Origin: Massalongia carnosa
Lineage: Eukaryota
Direction: 5' to 3'
Length of the DNA: 64,000 nt
Assembly (NCBI GenBank): GCA_965645245.1
Contig: OZ287086.1
Span: forward strand, 1,302,001 to 1,366,000
Made by a program: the position numbers and the translations under genes. The notes below the pieces were generated by a model. It was not told where the DNA came from, searched no databases, and saw only the letters and a list, made by a program, of their open reading frames with translations. The stretch's first letter is position 1. Each line of letters begins with the position of its first letter. This document shows, in pieces, positions 12,662 through 22,977 of this stretch.

Positions 12662-13578
12662 TAGTAATTTCAACATTATGCCGTCAACTGTTCATTTAAC
12701 AATCAATAGGAGTCAACATTTCATCGGATAAGCTAACTCCTTGTTTTGCCAGGTTTTTAACATGTATGATTCTTATCTATTCATTCTTTCTAGCGATAAC
12801 ACCTTCCGCGTATACACTATCTCTTTTCATTCGCCATATTCTCATGAAGTTATTGTGCTCTCGTTTCTTTTTTATCTGCTCATATTTTTGTTGTCTTTCA
12901 ACAATTGCTCGTTGCGCATCCTCCTTCGTGAGTCCTAATCCTTCGTCTGTCAAATAATTAGGTCTTAATCGCTTGCGTGAAGTTGCTCTCTGCAGTAATT
13001 CATTGCTTCTTCGCTCATGATGAAGCGATAATTCGAATTTCGTGAGCGTCGATTTGGCACCTTCCTTCGTATTACTCACGAATTCCTCTAAATCTTGTTC
13101 ACGGACTGGATCACTCCATTGTGTATTATCGCGAATTTTGGGTAGCCATTCAAGTAACCCTCTTTCAACATCATCTAACGTTTTCGGTTGAACTTGTGGC
13201 AATGTTAGTAGAGATGATGTTGAAAAAGATGAAGAATTATTCTCACTTTGCGAAGGTACAAACTTCTTTAGCTGTTCAGTGCATTTCTCCTTATTAATAA
13301 GGCCACATTCCTGTAATACGGATGGCGACGCCACCTTGCCAGACAACTCCGAATTAGTTGTTACTACGTTCTAGACTGCTTACAGATCAAACACCTGTCG
13401 AGGCTGCGGTGGTAGATTGCTATGGAGTGTAAGGCGAACTCCTGTGGACACTAGCCGGGAACTCTATATGGAATCTACTGGCCTACTCGGAGCTACTCGA
13501 TCTCTAGATAGATCAAGAGTTGTAGCAGGAGGCACGGCTAGCTGGACGCAGCTTGAGCTCGGCCTCCCCAGTGTAAAC

Positions 13579-14469
13579 TGTTAAATAAACAGTTGACGGC
13601 ATAATGTTGAAATTACTATGGAGGTGACTGCTTATAGCAGTCATGGCAGCCTGCAGGGCTGAGCTAGAACTAATGGGGCTAAGCGTGTATTCCAACACTC
13701 CCCTTCGAGCGTGGCTCCCCTTTCGCCTCCAAAATTGAAACTATCCAGCTTTTATCAACTCCCTTGCGAAGTGATTCATCCAGCTTTGTCCGATTCGCTC
13801 CCCTTGCGGAACGAATCTAGCTCCCTCTGACTACATTTTCCCTAAGCACGTAGTTCTTTCTTATGTCTTTTGTTGTCCTGCTTTGTAGCCTCATTGAACC
13901 CATAACCATCTCTCGAAACGTAGCTTTTGTGAGTGTATGGGTGGATGGGAAGAGTACTATGGACGTGTTTTATTGATGGCCTGAGCAGGGCTTTTCTCGA
14001 TGTCTCTGTTAGACATTTTCCCGCAGACCATTGACGTTGGTGGCCTGATCGCAGGGCTTTTATCTCCCCTTGCTGATCTGACCAGTAATGCAAGATGTGA
14101 AGTCTTCGAGGCACCGCCCGTTGTAGATGTCCTCCTCAGCACGTTTCATACGTACACCACTTTCGATGACGTTTCCGCTTCGTTTCCGCTTCGTTTCTCA
14201 TCCCTTTCGATGTCGTTTCCGCTTCGTTTTCGCGCTTTCCACGTCTGAACTTTCACCTCATCATCTTCTTGATACGACATGATAGTACGTAGTCTATGCA
14301 TGAAGGATGCCGTCGGAGGAGCGCAAAGCACAAACCCGGGACTCATAACCTGTTAAATAAACAGTTGACGGCATAATGTTGAAATTACTACGGAGGTGAC
14401 TGCTTATAGCAGTCATGGCAGCCTGCAGGGCTGAGCTAGAACTAATGGGGCTAAGCGAGTATTCCAACA
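13579..14469 (-). mobile_element. TRIM (miniature LTR retrotransposon, 891 bp)
   Basis: 119-bp LTRs 13579-13697 and 14351-14469 (2 differences seen), PBS GGTTATGAGTCCC, PPT AAGGGGAG, TSD TAAAC. Confidence 0.9.
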
Positions 14470-15017
14470 TAAACTTCAGCTTCAACCTTTATTACTACGC
14501 TGGTAGTGATGTCGGCTGAATGAACCCACATGACTAGACTTTGTGTCTAGAGGCAGGTCCGCAGTGTAGCGAGGGATTCAGTCGGAGGTAACCTTCCACC
14601 GCTACGTGGGTAGTGGTGACGGCGAAATGAAGCTACATAGCCTCGGCGTCTAGACTTTATGTTTAGAGGCAGGCTAGCAATGTAGCGAGGGATCTAGCCG
14701 GAGGTAGAACTGTTCTACCTTGCAAGGGAAGATGTAGAAGGCTGCTCGAGGCTGACTAGATGATCCAGCGAACTCCGGGTTCATGGATGGATCCTGAGGG
14801 ATGGTTGGATGTAAGGCGATAAGGTCAGAAGTGGGTTGCAAGGTTCCAAGGCTCCCAAGGCTATAGGCTTGGGGTGAGTAGGATAAATATCAGAACGAAT
14901 CCTGTAGTATTCGTAAGCAATTAGTCTTTATTCTATGAACAACCTACGTTTGGGTCTCGGACGAGATCTCTTGGTCTAAAGCACTTCCACCACCGTTAGT
15001 TCTTGGGATCACGTATA

Positions 15018-15293
15018 TGAAATATAAATTCACTTTGTAGGTATAATAGCATGATTGTCATTGAAGGTAATTATCTATGTGGGCTATTTGTCTGCTTTAT
15101 ATAGCAGTCACAAAACAGTCACATCTAGGAGCCTAAATGGGCAGACCTTGTCCCCCCATATCTGCTTCTTTAGGCACCCTGACGGTCAGACCTTGGCTCC
15201 CATATCTGCTTGTTTAGGCACTTTGCCAGGCACCTCCCGAGGCTTATGATGGATGCCCATATTGATGGTGGCCTCATCATCTAACAGCTAACA
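15018..15293. mobile_element. 276-bp TG..CA insertion (solo LTR-like)
   Basis: Absent from the sister LTRs; flanked by ACGTATA direct repeat (15011-15017/15294-15300). Confidence 0.7.
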
Positions 15294-15323
15294 ACGTATA
15301 CTCTCGGAGACTAGCACGTAGTA

Positions 15324-17208
15324 TTCGTGCCCCACACTTTCGCTCGGTCGACTCGCTTAGTGCTAGCCAGCCATACAGCCAGGACCAGCCATACAGCCAA
15401 AAATCAACTATCTACATACATCGGGGTTTTTTTCAGCAATTCCTTCATGATCATCATCCATCTTTTGTGACTATTCATGCTTCTAGTCATTAGCATCTTT
15501 CTATGCGCTTTTGACTGCCTAACCACTTTGGTAAGAGCCGTACAATAACGCTTTTCCCATGCGACGTTTCGCTCTTTCTCCCTTATCTCCTCCTGCTCCT
15601 CCCTACCACGAACCATTGAACGGGCCTCACCAACAGTAAGTACGCCTCCGTGATGAAGAATCTTATTGGCATCTCGTTTACGAGCTTTCCGAGCAGTTTG
15701 GGCCTTGATTTGTTGTTCCCAGCGTTGTTCCAGAAGATCGCCTTTTTGAACCTCGGCAACAGCTCCCTTTACAAATTTGCTAACACTTTGTACGAGGTCA
15801 TCCGAGCAAGCTGAATGCGTCATGATTTCTGTGGCTACTGTGGCCAACTGTCGCACGGTTCGAGGGGTTTCTTGTACAGATAGGGGGGCTGTATGAGACG
15901 GAGTTGACTCACGAGGAGGGGGAGGAAGAAGTTCTCGAACTTTGTCGAGATCAATGCCTGGATTGAACGGAATCAAGCCTGTTTTTCTCCAAGCAGACTG
16001 TATGGTGGAAGGTTTAAAAGCCAGCGATCGAAACTTGCTAAATGCATTCAGAAATTCGACTTTGGAAAAGGTTTGATCTCCATTCTGAATTGTTTCATTG
16101 ACGGCCTCGGCATGCCAGTGTTTCAGGGGTTGAAATACACACACATCCAATGGTTGTAAGAGATGTGTGGTATGAGATGGTAATCCGAATGGAATGATGT
16201 TTTTCGTTTCACAATATTCTAGAAATTCTCGAGTATGATGAGATCCATAACCGTCCATTATCAAAAGTCTCCAAGCCCCCTCTCTTATTTTTTTTAGAGT
16301 GTTTGTCGAAATGCTTGATCCATTGCAAACTCAACCAGTCATTTGTACAGCCCGATTTAGCTGTAGAAATGACTACATCATTGCTCAGATCGTTTTTGAC
16401 CCAGGGAGCGAGGATGTTGATGCCAGACACAATTAAAAAAGGGGGAATGTCCTGACCAGCCCCGTTGATACACTCCACCGCTGTTAGCGATTCTCGATTT
16501 GATGGATCGGAACTGTATGATTTTCGAGAAGAATCTGCTGTGATTATCCAATCACTTCGTGCCATACCAATACGAAACCCAGTTTCATCAAAATTCCACT
16601 GATCCTTCGGATTTATTCCATACTTGTTCACTACTTCTTGATATTTTTCAAAATGCCCCATCAATAACTCCAAATCATGCGCATTTTTGCGCTCAGCAGC
16701 TAGAGGCTTACGTTTAACCTTGTAAAGATCTGACTGACGTTTTAGCCATCTTTTGATCCAATGCAAGCCGAGAGGAGGAGGCATCGAATCGGAAGCCGTT
16801 TGACGAAGAATGGAGTATGCAGCCACTTCCACCATATGCAGACGAGCCGGAATGTCCAAAGAATACAGTTTTAAAAGATATAGACGTAGGGCCAACTCCT
16901 GATCGGGTTTTAGACGTCTATTATGCAGTCCTCGTACTTTCGTTTTAGATGACACCCTTTTGACCCGAGAACGAAGTCTTCCTCTAGGTACATTAAATTC
17001 TCGCGCAATTGCACTGAGTTTGGCGTTTTTGCGTGACTTTAAGGCGTCAATGGTCTTTGCAATACGATTTTCAATTATAGTTTAAGATTCAGGCATGATG
17101 GTGGTGGATAATGAATTTTTCAAAGGTGGTGGGTAGAAATTTGAAGATTTTGGCTGTATGGCTGGCTAGCACTAAGCGAGTCGACCGAGCGAAAGTGTGG
17201 GGCACGAA
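15324..17208 (-). mobile_element. pogo/Fot1 transposon C, frameshifted transposase (about 17097-15404)
   Basis: About 56-bp TIR TTCGTGCCCCACACTTTCGCTCGG.., TA TSD; WNFDETGF, DGYGSH, HTTHLLQPLDV. Confidence 0.92.
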
Positions 17209-17729
17209 TAGCTATCTTCCACCTCTCACGCTGAGCATTTCCCCTTTCGAGATCAGTGTCGCTCCTGATTAGCTTACTGGTCTCGTAGCCCATTACAATT
17301 CCAGATTTTTCAAAGGCGGATTGAATAGTGGATTTCTTGAATGTGTTATCTCGAATTTTGGTGAGATCTTGACAAAATCGAGTTATTGTATACTCTACAT
17401 TGAACTCCGCAATCGCATCTCGAATGGCTACAGCATGCCAATGTTTATAAGGTTGAAACATTCCTACAGCAAGCGGTTGCATACAATGCGTCAAGTGTGG
17501 TATCAAAGGATAAGGACGAATCCGGTTTTCATTGGCAAGCTTGATGAATTCAGGAGTAACATGACTACCGTGATGATCCATGAGCATTAACTTCCAATCA
17601 CTCTCAGATCCTGGATCAGAATTTTCAATGTAATATTGCAGTAATCGCTATTTTATCCGATGTGAATCCATTTTCTGACGGAATAATTCGAGTTCCTTTA
17701 AGCAGTTCGTCTGCAAACCAATTGCTCAT

Positions 17730-18127
17730 GTAATTCGCCGGCTCCATCGTGTCAGCTGAACATATACATAATTTCTATCTATGTTTGGGCAACTCTCCCC
17801 TCGCTGCTGCCCTGCTGGCGCTCAGTTTTGCTGAGGGCCCCTCCTATAATGGCTTTGTTTTGGCAGCAGTGAGGCGAAAAACTCCATCTACCTATGCGGC
17901 TGATTCAGGGAGTGGGTGGGTGGGCAAAAGACCTTTTGGTGCTGAACTTCGAATCAATGGTGATGATGAGGAGAAGAGTGCCAAAAGGCCACCTATTTAT
18001 GCCCTTTCTCTCCCTTGCTTGTCCAACTATTTTGGATATCATCCTCCTTTGTCCTTTGGCCTTCGTCGGCTGTTGGCGGCCTGCCTCCACTCGGTCCCGG
18101 CATTACCTTTCGCCTTAGCCGAATTAC
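17730..18127. mobile_element. About 400-bp insertion with GTAATTCG inverted ends (MITE or damaged solo LTR)
   Basis: Interrupts pogo A between QGHDM and SNWF; TCAT/CTCAT duplicated. Confidence 0.65.
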
Positions 18128-18394
18128 TCATATCATGACCTTGTATGACAAGTAAAAGAGGTGGCGGAAAATCACCGGCGGCGTTTATATTCTCGAATAT
18201 GGTGATAGATTTTCTATTCTCAGGACTAATAGAATAATACTCGTTTACATCTGTTGGAACCAAAATTTCAGGTCCCTTCATGCAGCCAACTCGAAAACCA
18301 GCCTCATCAATATTGATGATATTAAATTTATTCTTGATATTCAGCTCTCGAAAAATCATCCGATAATCAGTAAACCCTGATTTGACGTCCTTCA

Positions 18395-18748
18395 CATGTC
18401 TGGATGCTCCGCCCCTAGCACCCTCGCACTCGCCTCCATCACTTGCACCTGCAGCTCTTCGGCCATCGTCCATCGTCCTTGATTCCTGTACGTCGACGCA
18501 AGATTTTTCATGCTCATCAGCATGTCTGGATGCTCCACCCCTAGCACCCTCGCACTCGCCTCCATCACTTGCACCTGCAGCTCTTCGGCCTTCGTCCATC
18601 GTCCTTGATTCCCGTACGTCGACGCAAGATTGTTCATGCTCATCAGCATGTCTGGATGCTCCACCCCTAGCACCCTCGCACTCGCCTCCATCACTTGCAC
18701 CTGCAGCTCTTCGGCCTTTGTCCATCGTCCTTGATTCCCGTACGTCGA
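18395..18748 (-). repeat. Orphan NLR-type TPR array fragment (about 2.8 x 126 bp)
   Basis: Translates to EELQVQVMEASARVLGVEHPDMLMSMNNLASTYGNQGRW; no NB-ARC adjacent. Confidence 0.85.
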
Positions 18749-19260
18749 AGGGAAAACATTGAATTGAAACTTGCGCTTCTTGATGGAATTTCTAGATTAT
18801 CATGTATCACTCCTCTAAATTTATACCGTCTTTTCTTTTTAACCTAAAGATTTCAGTCTCTTCATCATTCCTAGATAATAATCGAGCTTAGCACTTACCC
18901 AGTGATCGACACCTCCCCCGATCTGCCACTAGGAGTGGGCACGCTGACGCTACTCATTATCATTCTCGCTCCCACTTTTTCTAATGCTTTTCTGCTGCTT
19001 TTATAGACTCCGATTATGGGTCACGAGACTCCTGAACGGGAAAGACATCTTAGACGTAGTGCTGTGAGCGGATGAGATCAATGCAAGTCGATAAAAAATG
19101 ATACTGCAGAGTGGCACAGAATCCTCAAAAGTTTCATAACTAACTCTCAAGCACTAGATCGATCCATCCCCGTTAGCCTTCATAACCTCACCAAACCCTC
19201 CACCCCTCCCTCACATACTGCTCGCCTCCTTTCTCTCTAACCTCCCCATCCCCCCCTTTC

Positions 19261-19605
19261 CTATTCGTCCGATCCGTTCGCCTCATGATCTATATCCTCC
19301 TCCCACATCTGTATCTGATCATCCCATGGATTCTGACGCGCCCAAATCTCTTCCCATTGTCGAGGCGTCCATAGCTGATCCAGTACCGCGCGTCGATGCG
19401 GTGGAAAGGTCGCTTCACGCCATTCGAATAATCTGGCTCGAAAACGCGCCCCTTTTTCCGGAGCGATCAAATTGGCCCATTGTGTGTCTGCATGAGCCCA
19501 TTGTCCTATTGCCACTTCCCATACAAGGGAGAACTGTTTCAACATGCCGGCTTTTTGTTGATAGACACTAGGCAAAATTGGCATTTGCGGAATTGGCCTC
19601 CCCAT
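19261..19605 (-). CDS. Small Trp-rich hypothetical protein (114 aa)
   Basis: ATG-initiated ORF with protein-like composition; no recognised domain. Confidence 0.35.
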   Translation of the reverse strand: MGRPIPQMPILPSVYQQKAGMLKQFSLVWEVAIGQWAHADTQWANLIAPEKGARFRARLFEWREATFPPHRRAVLDQLWTPRQWEEIWARQNPWDDQIQMWEEDIDHEANGSDE

Positions 19606-20064
19606 TATTTCCTGCCCTATTATGGGTAAGCATAACGAATCGTTTTTTGATGATATAAATTGCCACTAACTACATCGAGCCTCGATCACGAAAAGCGCAA
19701 TCTCATTCGCTACAAGATTCAAGCGCTTTGCAAAGCGTGCCTCCTGCGCAAATATGGGATTGCCCATGATTCGCAGGGCCATTCTATTCTCAATAATAAC
19801 GATTTCGTTTTTGATCGCCCTATCATGTTAGTGTTACTTCAGTCTGGAAGGGTTGTCAAAAAAAAGCAAAGACGGAGCTTACTCTCTTGTATAATCAAAT
19901 ACTGTCCCAGTTCCTCCCATAATGGTAGCATGTCATTGATATTAGTTTGAGATGAATAATCAATTAAATAAAAAGAAGCCATGATTGATGATGATGAGAA
20001 TTGATTCAGAAGATTATATTGTAGACCTTTCTGGTTAATATCAGCTAGTTCGTGTCAATCTCGT

Positions 20065-20664
20065 TATATTGCTACTAAGTATGTTTGGGCTATTGCTCAC
20101 AGCCCCCGGCCTCGAGAGGGGGACTCGATAAGGGCCTTGCTGTCTACTAATGTAAGACCCTCTCGCAGGCCTTGGGCTGTGAACAGACTCCCTCTATCTA
20201 AGCGACAGAAGAACTGGAGTGGGTGGGTGGGAAAGAAAACGTTGCAAACAGTGCTATCAAAATGCTATGCTTTTTGATTGTCTTGAGATGTGAGATGATG
20301 AGGGATACCGTCTGGGACCTCCTCTTTATATATCTTCTTCCTATTCTCCTTGTCCTACTCTACCATCCCAGTATGCCCCATCAACGCGGCCCATAGCAAG
20401 GCATACACAAATCCGAAACCTAACTGTCGTCCGAAGGATCGATGCGGTGCTAAGATCTCTATGCCGTGCTGAGACATCCTTATGGTGCTGAGACATCTAT
20501 GCCGTCCGAGAGATCCATGCGGTGCCGAAATCAAAGCGGGAGCTGTCTCGATTAACGACGCACTAGCTCTCAGCATAGCCGAACTAGATAAACGTATTCT
20601 TGAAATCAACAAACTTTCTGCTGTAAATCGCCAGGATTCGCTTTATTATCGCAAGAGATCTTGA
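20065..20664 (+). mobile_element. 5' remnant of a second YR (Ngaro-like) element
   Basis: Shares two leader motifs with 4650-4830. Confidence 0.45.
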
Positions 20665-21825
20665 GTGCTGAGACTGTGGTGAAAATATGATGGCGCATGT
20701 AATACGGATGGCGCTAGAGGGATACGTGATCGCCTATGGCGGTTGCGGGATTAACTAGCGTGGACCATGCCGTAGTACGAAGTCGCATAAGCCGTCGAGG
20801 CTGACACGCTGACACACTGCCATCTTGCCCCGAAACTTCGGAGTTATTGTTATCACGTTCTTGACTACTTACAGATCAAACACCTGTCGAGGCCGTGGTG
20901 GTAGATTGCCATGGAGTGTAAGGCGGACTCCTGTGGAGACGCCAAGGAACTCTATATGGGATCTACTGGCCTACTCGGAGCTACTGGATCTCTTGATGGT
21001 TCAAGAGAGGTAGCAGGAGGCACGGCTCGCTGGACGCAGCTTGAGCTAGGCTCCCCGGTGTAAACTTCAGCTTCAACCTTTATTACTACGTTGGTAGTGA
21101 TGTCGGCTGAATGAACCTACATGACCTCGTTGTCTAGACCTTGTGTCTAGAGGCAGGTCCGCAGTGTAGCGAGGTATTCAGTCGGAGGTAACCTTCCATC
21201 ACTAGGTAGTGGTGACGGCGAAATGAAGCTACATAGCCTGAGGCATGTAGTGAGGGATCTAGCCGGGGGTAGAATTGTTCTACCTTGCAAGGGAAGGTCT
21301 AGAAGGCTGCTCGAGGCTGACTAGATGATCCAGCGAACGCCGAGTTCGTGGATGGATCCTGAGGGATGGTTGGATGTAATGCGATAAAGTCGGATGTGGA
21401 TTGCAAGGCTGTAATGCTCGCAAGACTCCCAAGGCTTGCAAGGCTCCTAAGGTTCCAAGGCTCCCAAGGCTATAGGCTTGGGGTGAGTAGGATAAATATC
21501 AGAACGAATCTTGTAGTATTCGTTAGCAATTAGTCTTTATTCTATGAACAACCTACGTTTGGGTCTCGGACGAGATCTCTTGGTCTAAGCACTTCCACAT
21601 CCATTAGTTCTTTGGATCACGTATACTCTCGGAGACTAGCACGTAGTAGCTATCTTCCTCCTCTCACGCTGAGCATTTCCCCTTTCGAGATCAGTGTCGC
21701 TCGTGATAAGCTTACTGGTCTCGTAGCCCACTACAATTCTAATTGCTCTCATACCCTACGGGTCAGCCAGCCCGTTTGGAGGAAGCTTAGCTAGTGGAGC
21801 CATCTGTTCTTGAACTCCGCAAACG

Positions 21826-22977
21826 ATGTCTTCAAGCTCTCGCCCTCGCAGGAACGTTCGGCAAGGTCCAACAAGATCTCCCCAGGCAGAAGATACTTCA
21901 AGGCCTGCGGAAGATACGCCGACACCAAGTACTGAGGAAGCTACGGGTCCTGCCAAATACACAGAGGAAGATCTGCAGAGAATCACAAAGCTCTGCATGG
22001 AGTCGTTCCTCCAGGCACAAGGTAGTCGACATGAAGGCCCCCGAGAAGGTCAGTTGAAAGCTCGGTTCCCGGATCTCTACTATGGGAAGTCCCATATGGA
22101 GTGTTACCATTTCTGCCAACAATGCGAAGACCACTTTGACACCGCCGGCGCCACTGGGTCTAACCGTACACCCTTTGCCGCATCTTTCCTTCGTGGCCGG
22201 AATAGCTTTCGTTGGCACCAGCACAAACGTCGAAGCCAAGGCGAAGAGGTAGGACCTTTGTCTTGGACCGAGTTCAAGGCTTTCCTTCGGAAGAATCTTG
22301 GAGACTCCAGGGCTTTTGTGGATGCAACCTGGAGTAGGATCAAGCGGGACTCACAGTATCAACAAGAAGAAGTTCAGGATTGGGCTTCTCACCTGGAACA
22401 TCTGCAATCTATACTCCTGGAATTTGATGCTGAGGGAGCTCCAGAGGAGTCGGACCTTATTCGGTACTTTCGTGAAGGCCTCAAGCCTTCGATAAAGGCC
22501 CAGATGGAACAACGAGAAAGGGAACTAGACAGTTGGGAGGAGCTGGTCGAAAAAGCGATCGATGCTGAGGCAAAAGCTAGCCTGCAGCCGCAATCGATCC
22601 TTCGTGAGATGGATCAGCGATGTCCACATGGAAACCGGCCCGCTCATGCCACTGTGGCCAAACCCCAGACCTCTACTCGAGACCCTCGAGACGAGCCTAG
22701 CGAAAAGCCCAAAACGTCGGGTCCAAAGCAACCAAACTCCTCGCGCCCAGAGAACAGCGAGATTGCCGACAAGAAAGCTCGGAGAGAAAAGAAAAGGCAG
22801 CGACGTCTTGATCAAGCCCGAGATCGGAAAGGCTCGGAGTCGACTCCGGCCACCGGTGCCAACACTTCCAGTGGTACCAGCAAGGACGTGTCCCAAATCA
22901 CCTGCTTCAACTGCAACAAGAAGGGACACTACGCAAGTAGTTGTCGCGAGCCCAAGAAGGACGCCTCAAAAAACTAG
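21826..22977 (+). CDS. gag: Gypsy Gag
   Basis: Retrotransposon gag domain, CFNCNKKGHYASSC zinc knuckle. Confidence 0.92.
   Translation: MSSSSRPRRNVRQGPTRSPQAEDTSRPAEDTPTPSTEEATGPAKYTEEDLQRITKLCMESFLQAQGSRHEGPREGQLKARFPDLYYGKSHMECYHFCQQCEDHFDTAGATGSNRTPFAASFLRGRNSFRWHQHKRRSQGEEVGPLSWTEFKAFLRKNLGDSRAFVDATWSRIKRDSQYQQEEVQDWASHLEHLQSILLEFDAEGAPEESDLIRYFREGLKPSIKAQMEQRERELDSWEELVEKAIDAEAKASLQPQSILREMDQRCPHGNRPAHATVAKPQTSTRDPRDEPSEKPKTSGPKQPNSSRPENSEIADKKARREKKRQRRLDQARDRKGSESTPATGANTSSGTSKDVSQITCFNCNKKGHYASSCREPKKDASKN

Larger units (their letters stand above)
10018..12701 (+). mobile_element. Short copia-family solo LTR (about 119 bp) split by pogo B
   Basis: Halves 10018-10098 and 12664-12701, TG..CA, TSD ATCAA (10013-10017/12702-12706). 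Confidence 0.9.
13312..17297 (+). mobile_element. Solo gypsy LTR (relative of 20698-21735) carrying three insertions
   Basis: TGTAATACGGATGG..GCCCATTACA ends, TSD ATTCC (13307-13311/17298-17302), colinear with the 1038-bp LTR. Confidence 0.9.
9488..18380 (-). mobile_element. Degenerate pogo/Fot1 transposon A, split by three direct insertions
   Basis: DDE segments NIDEAGFRVG (about 18300), ENGFTSD, MDHHGSH/HLTHCMQPL (17120-17587) and C-terminus (12777-13306, 9860-10012) become contiguous when the TSD-bounded inserts are removed; TIR-like end after TA at 9486-9487. Confidence 0.75.

Noticed and set aside
18039..18762. 228-aa and 126-aa repeat ORFs
   Set aside because: Alternative frames of TPR repeats running into pogo sequence
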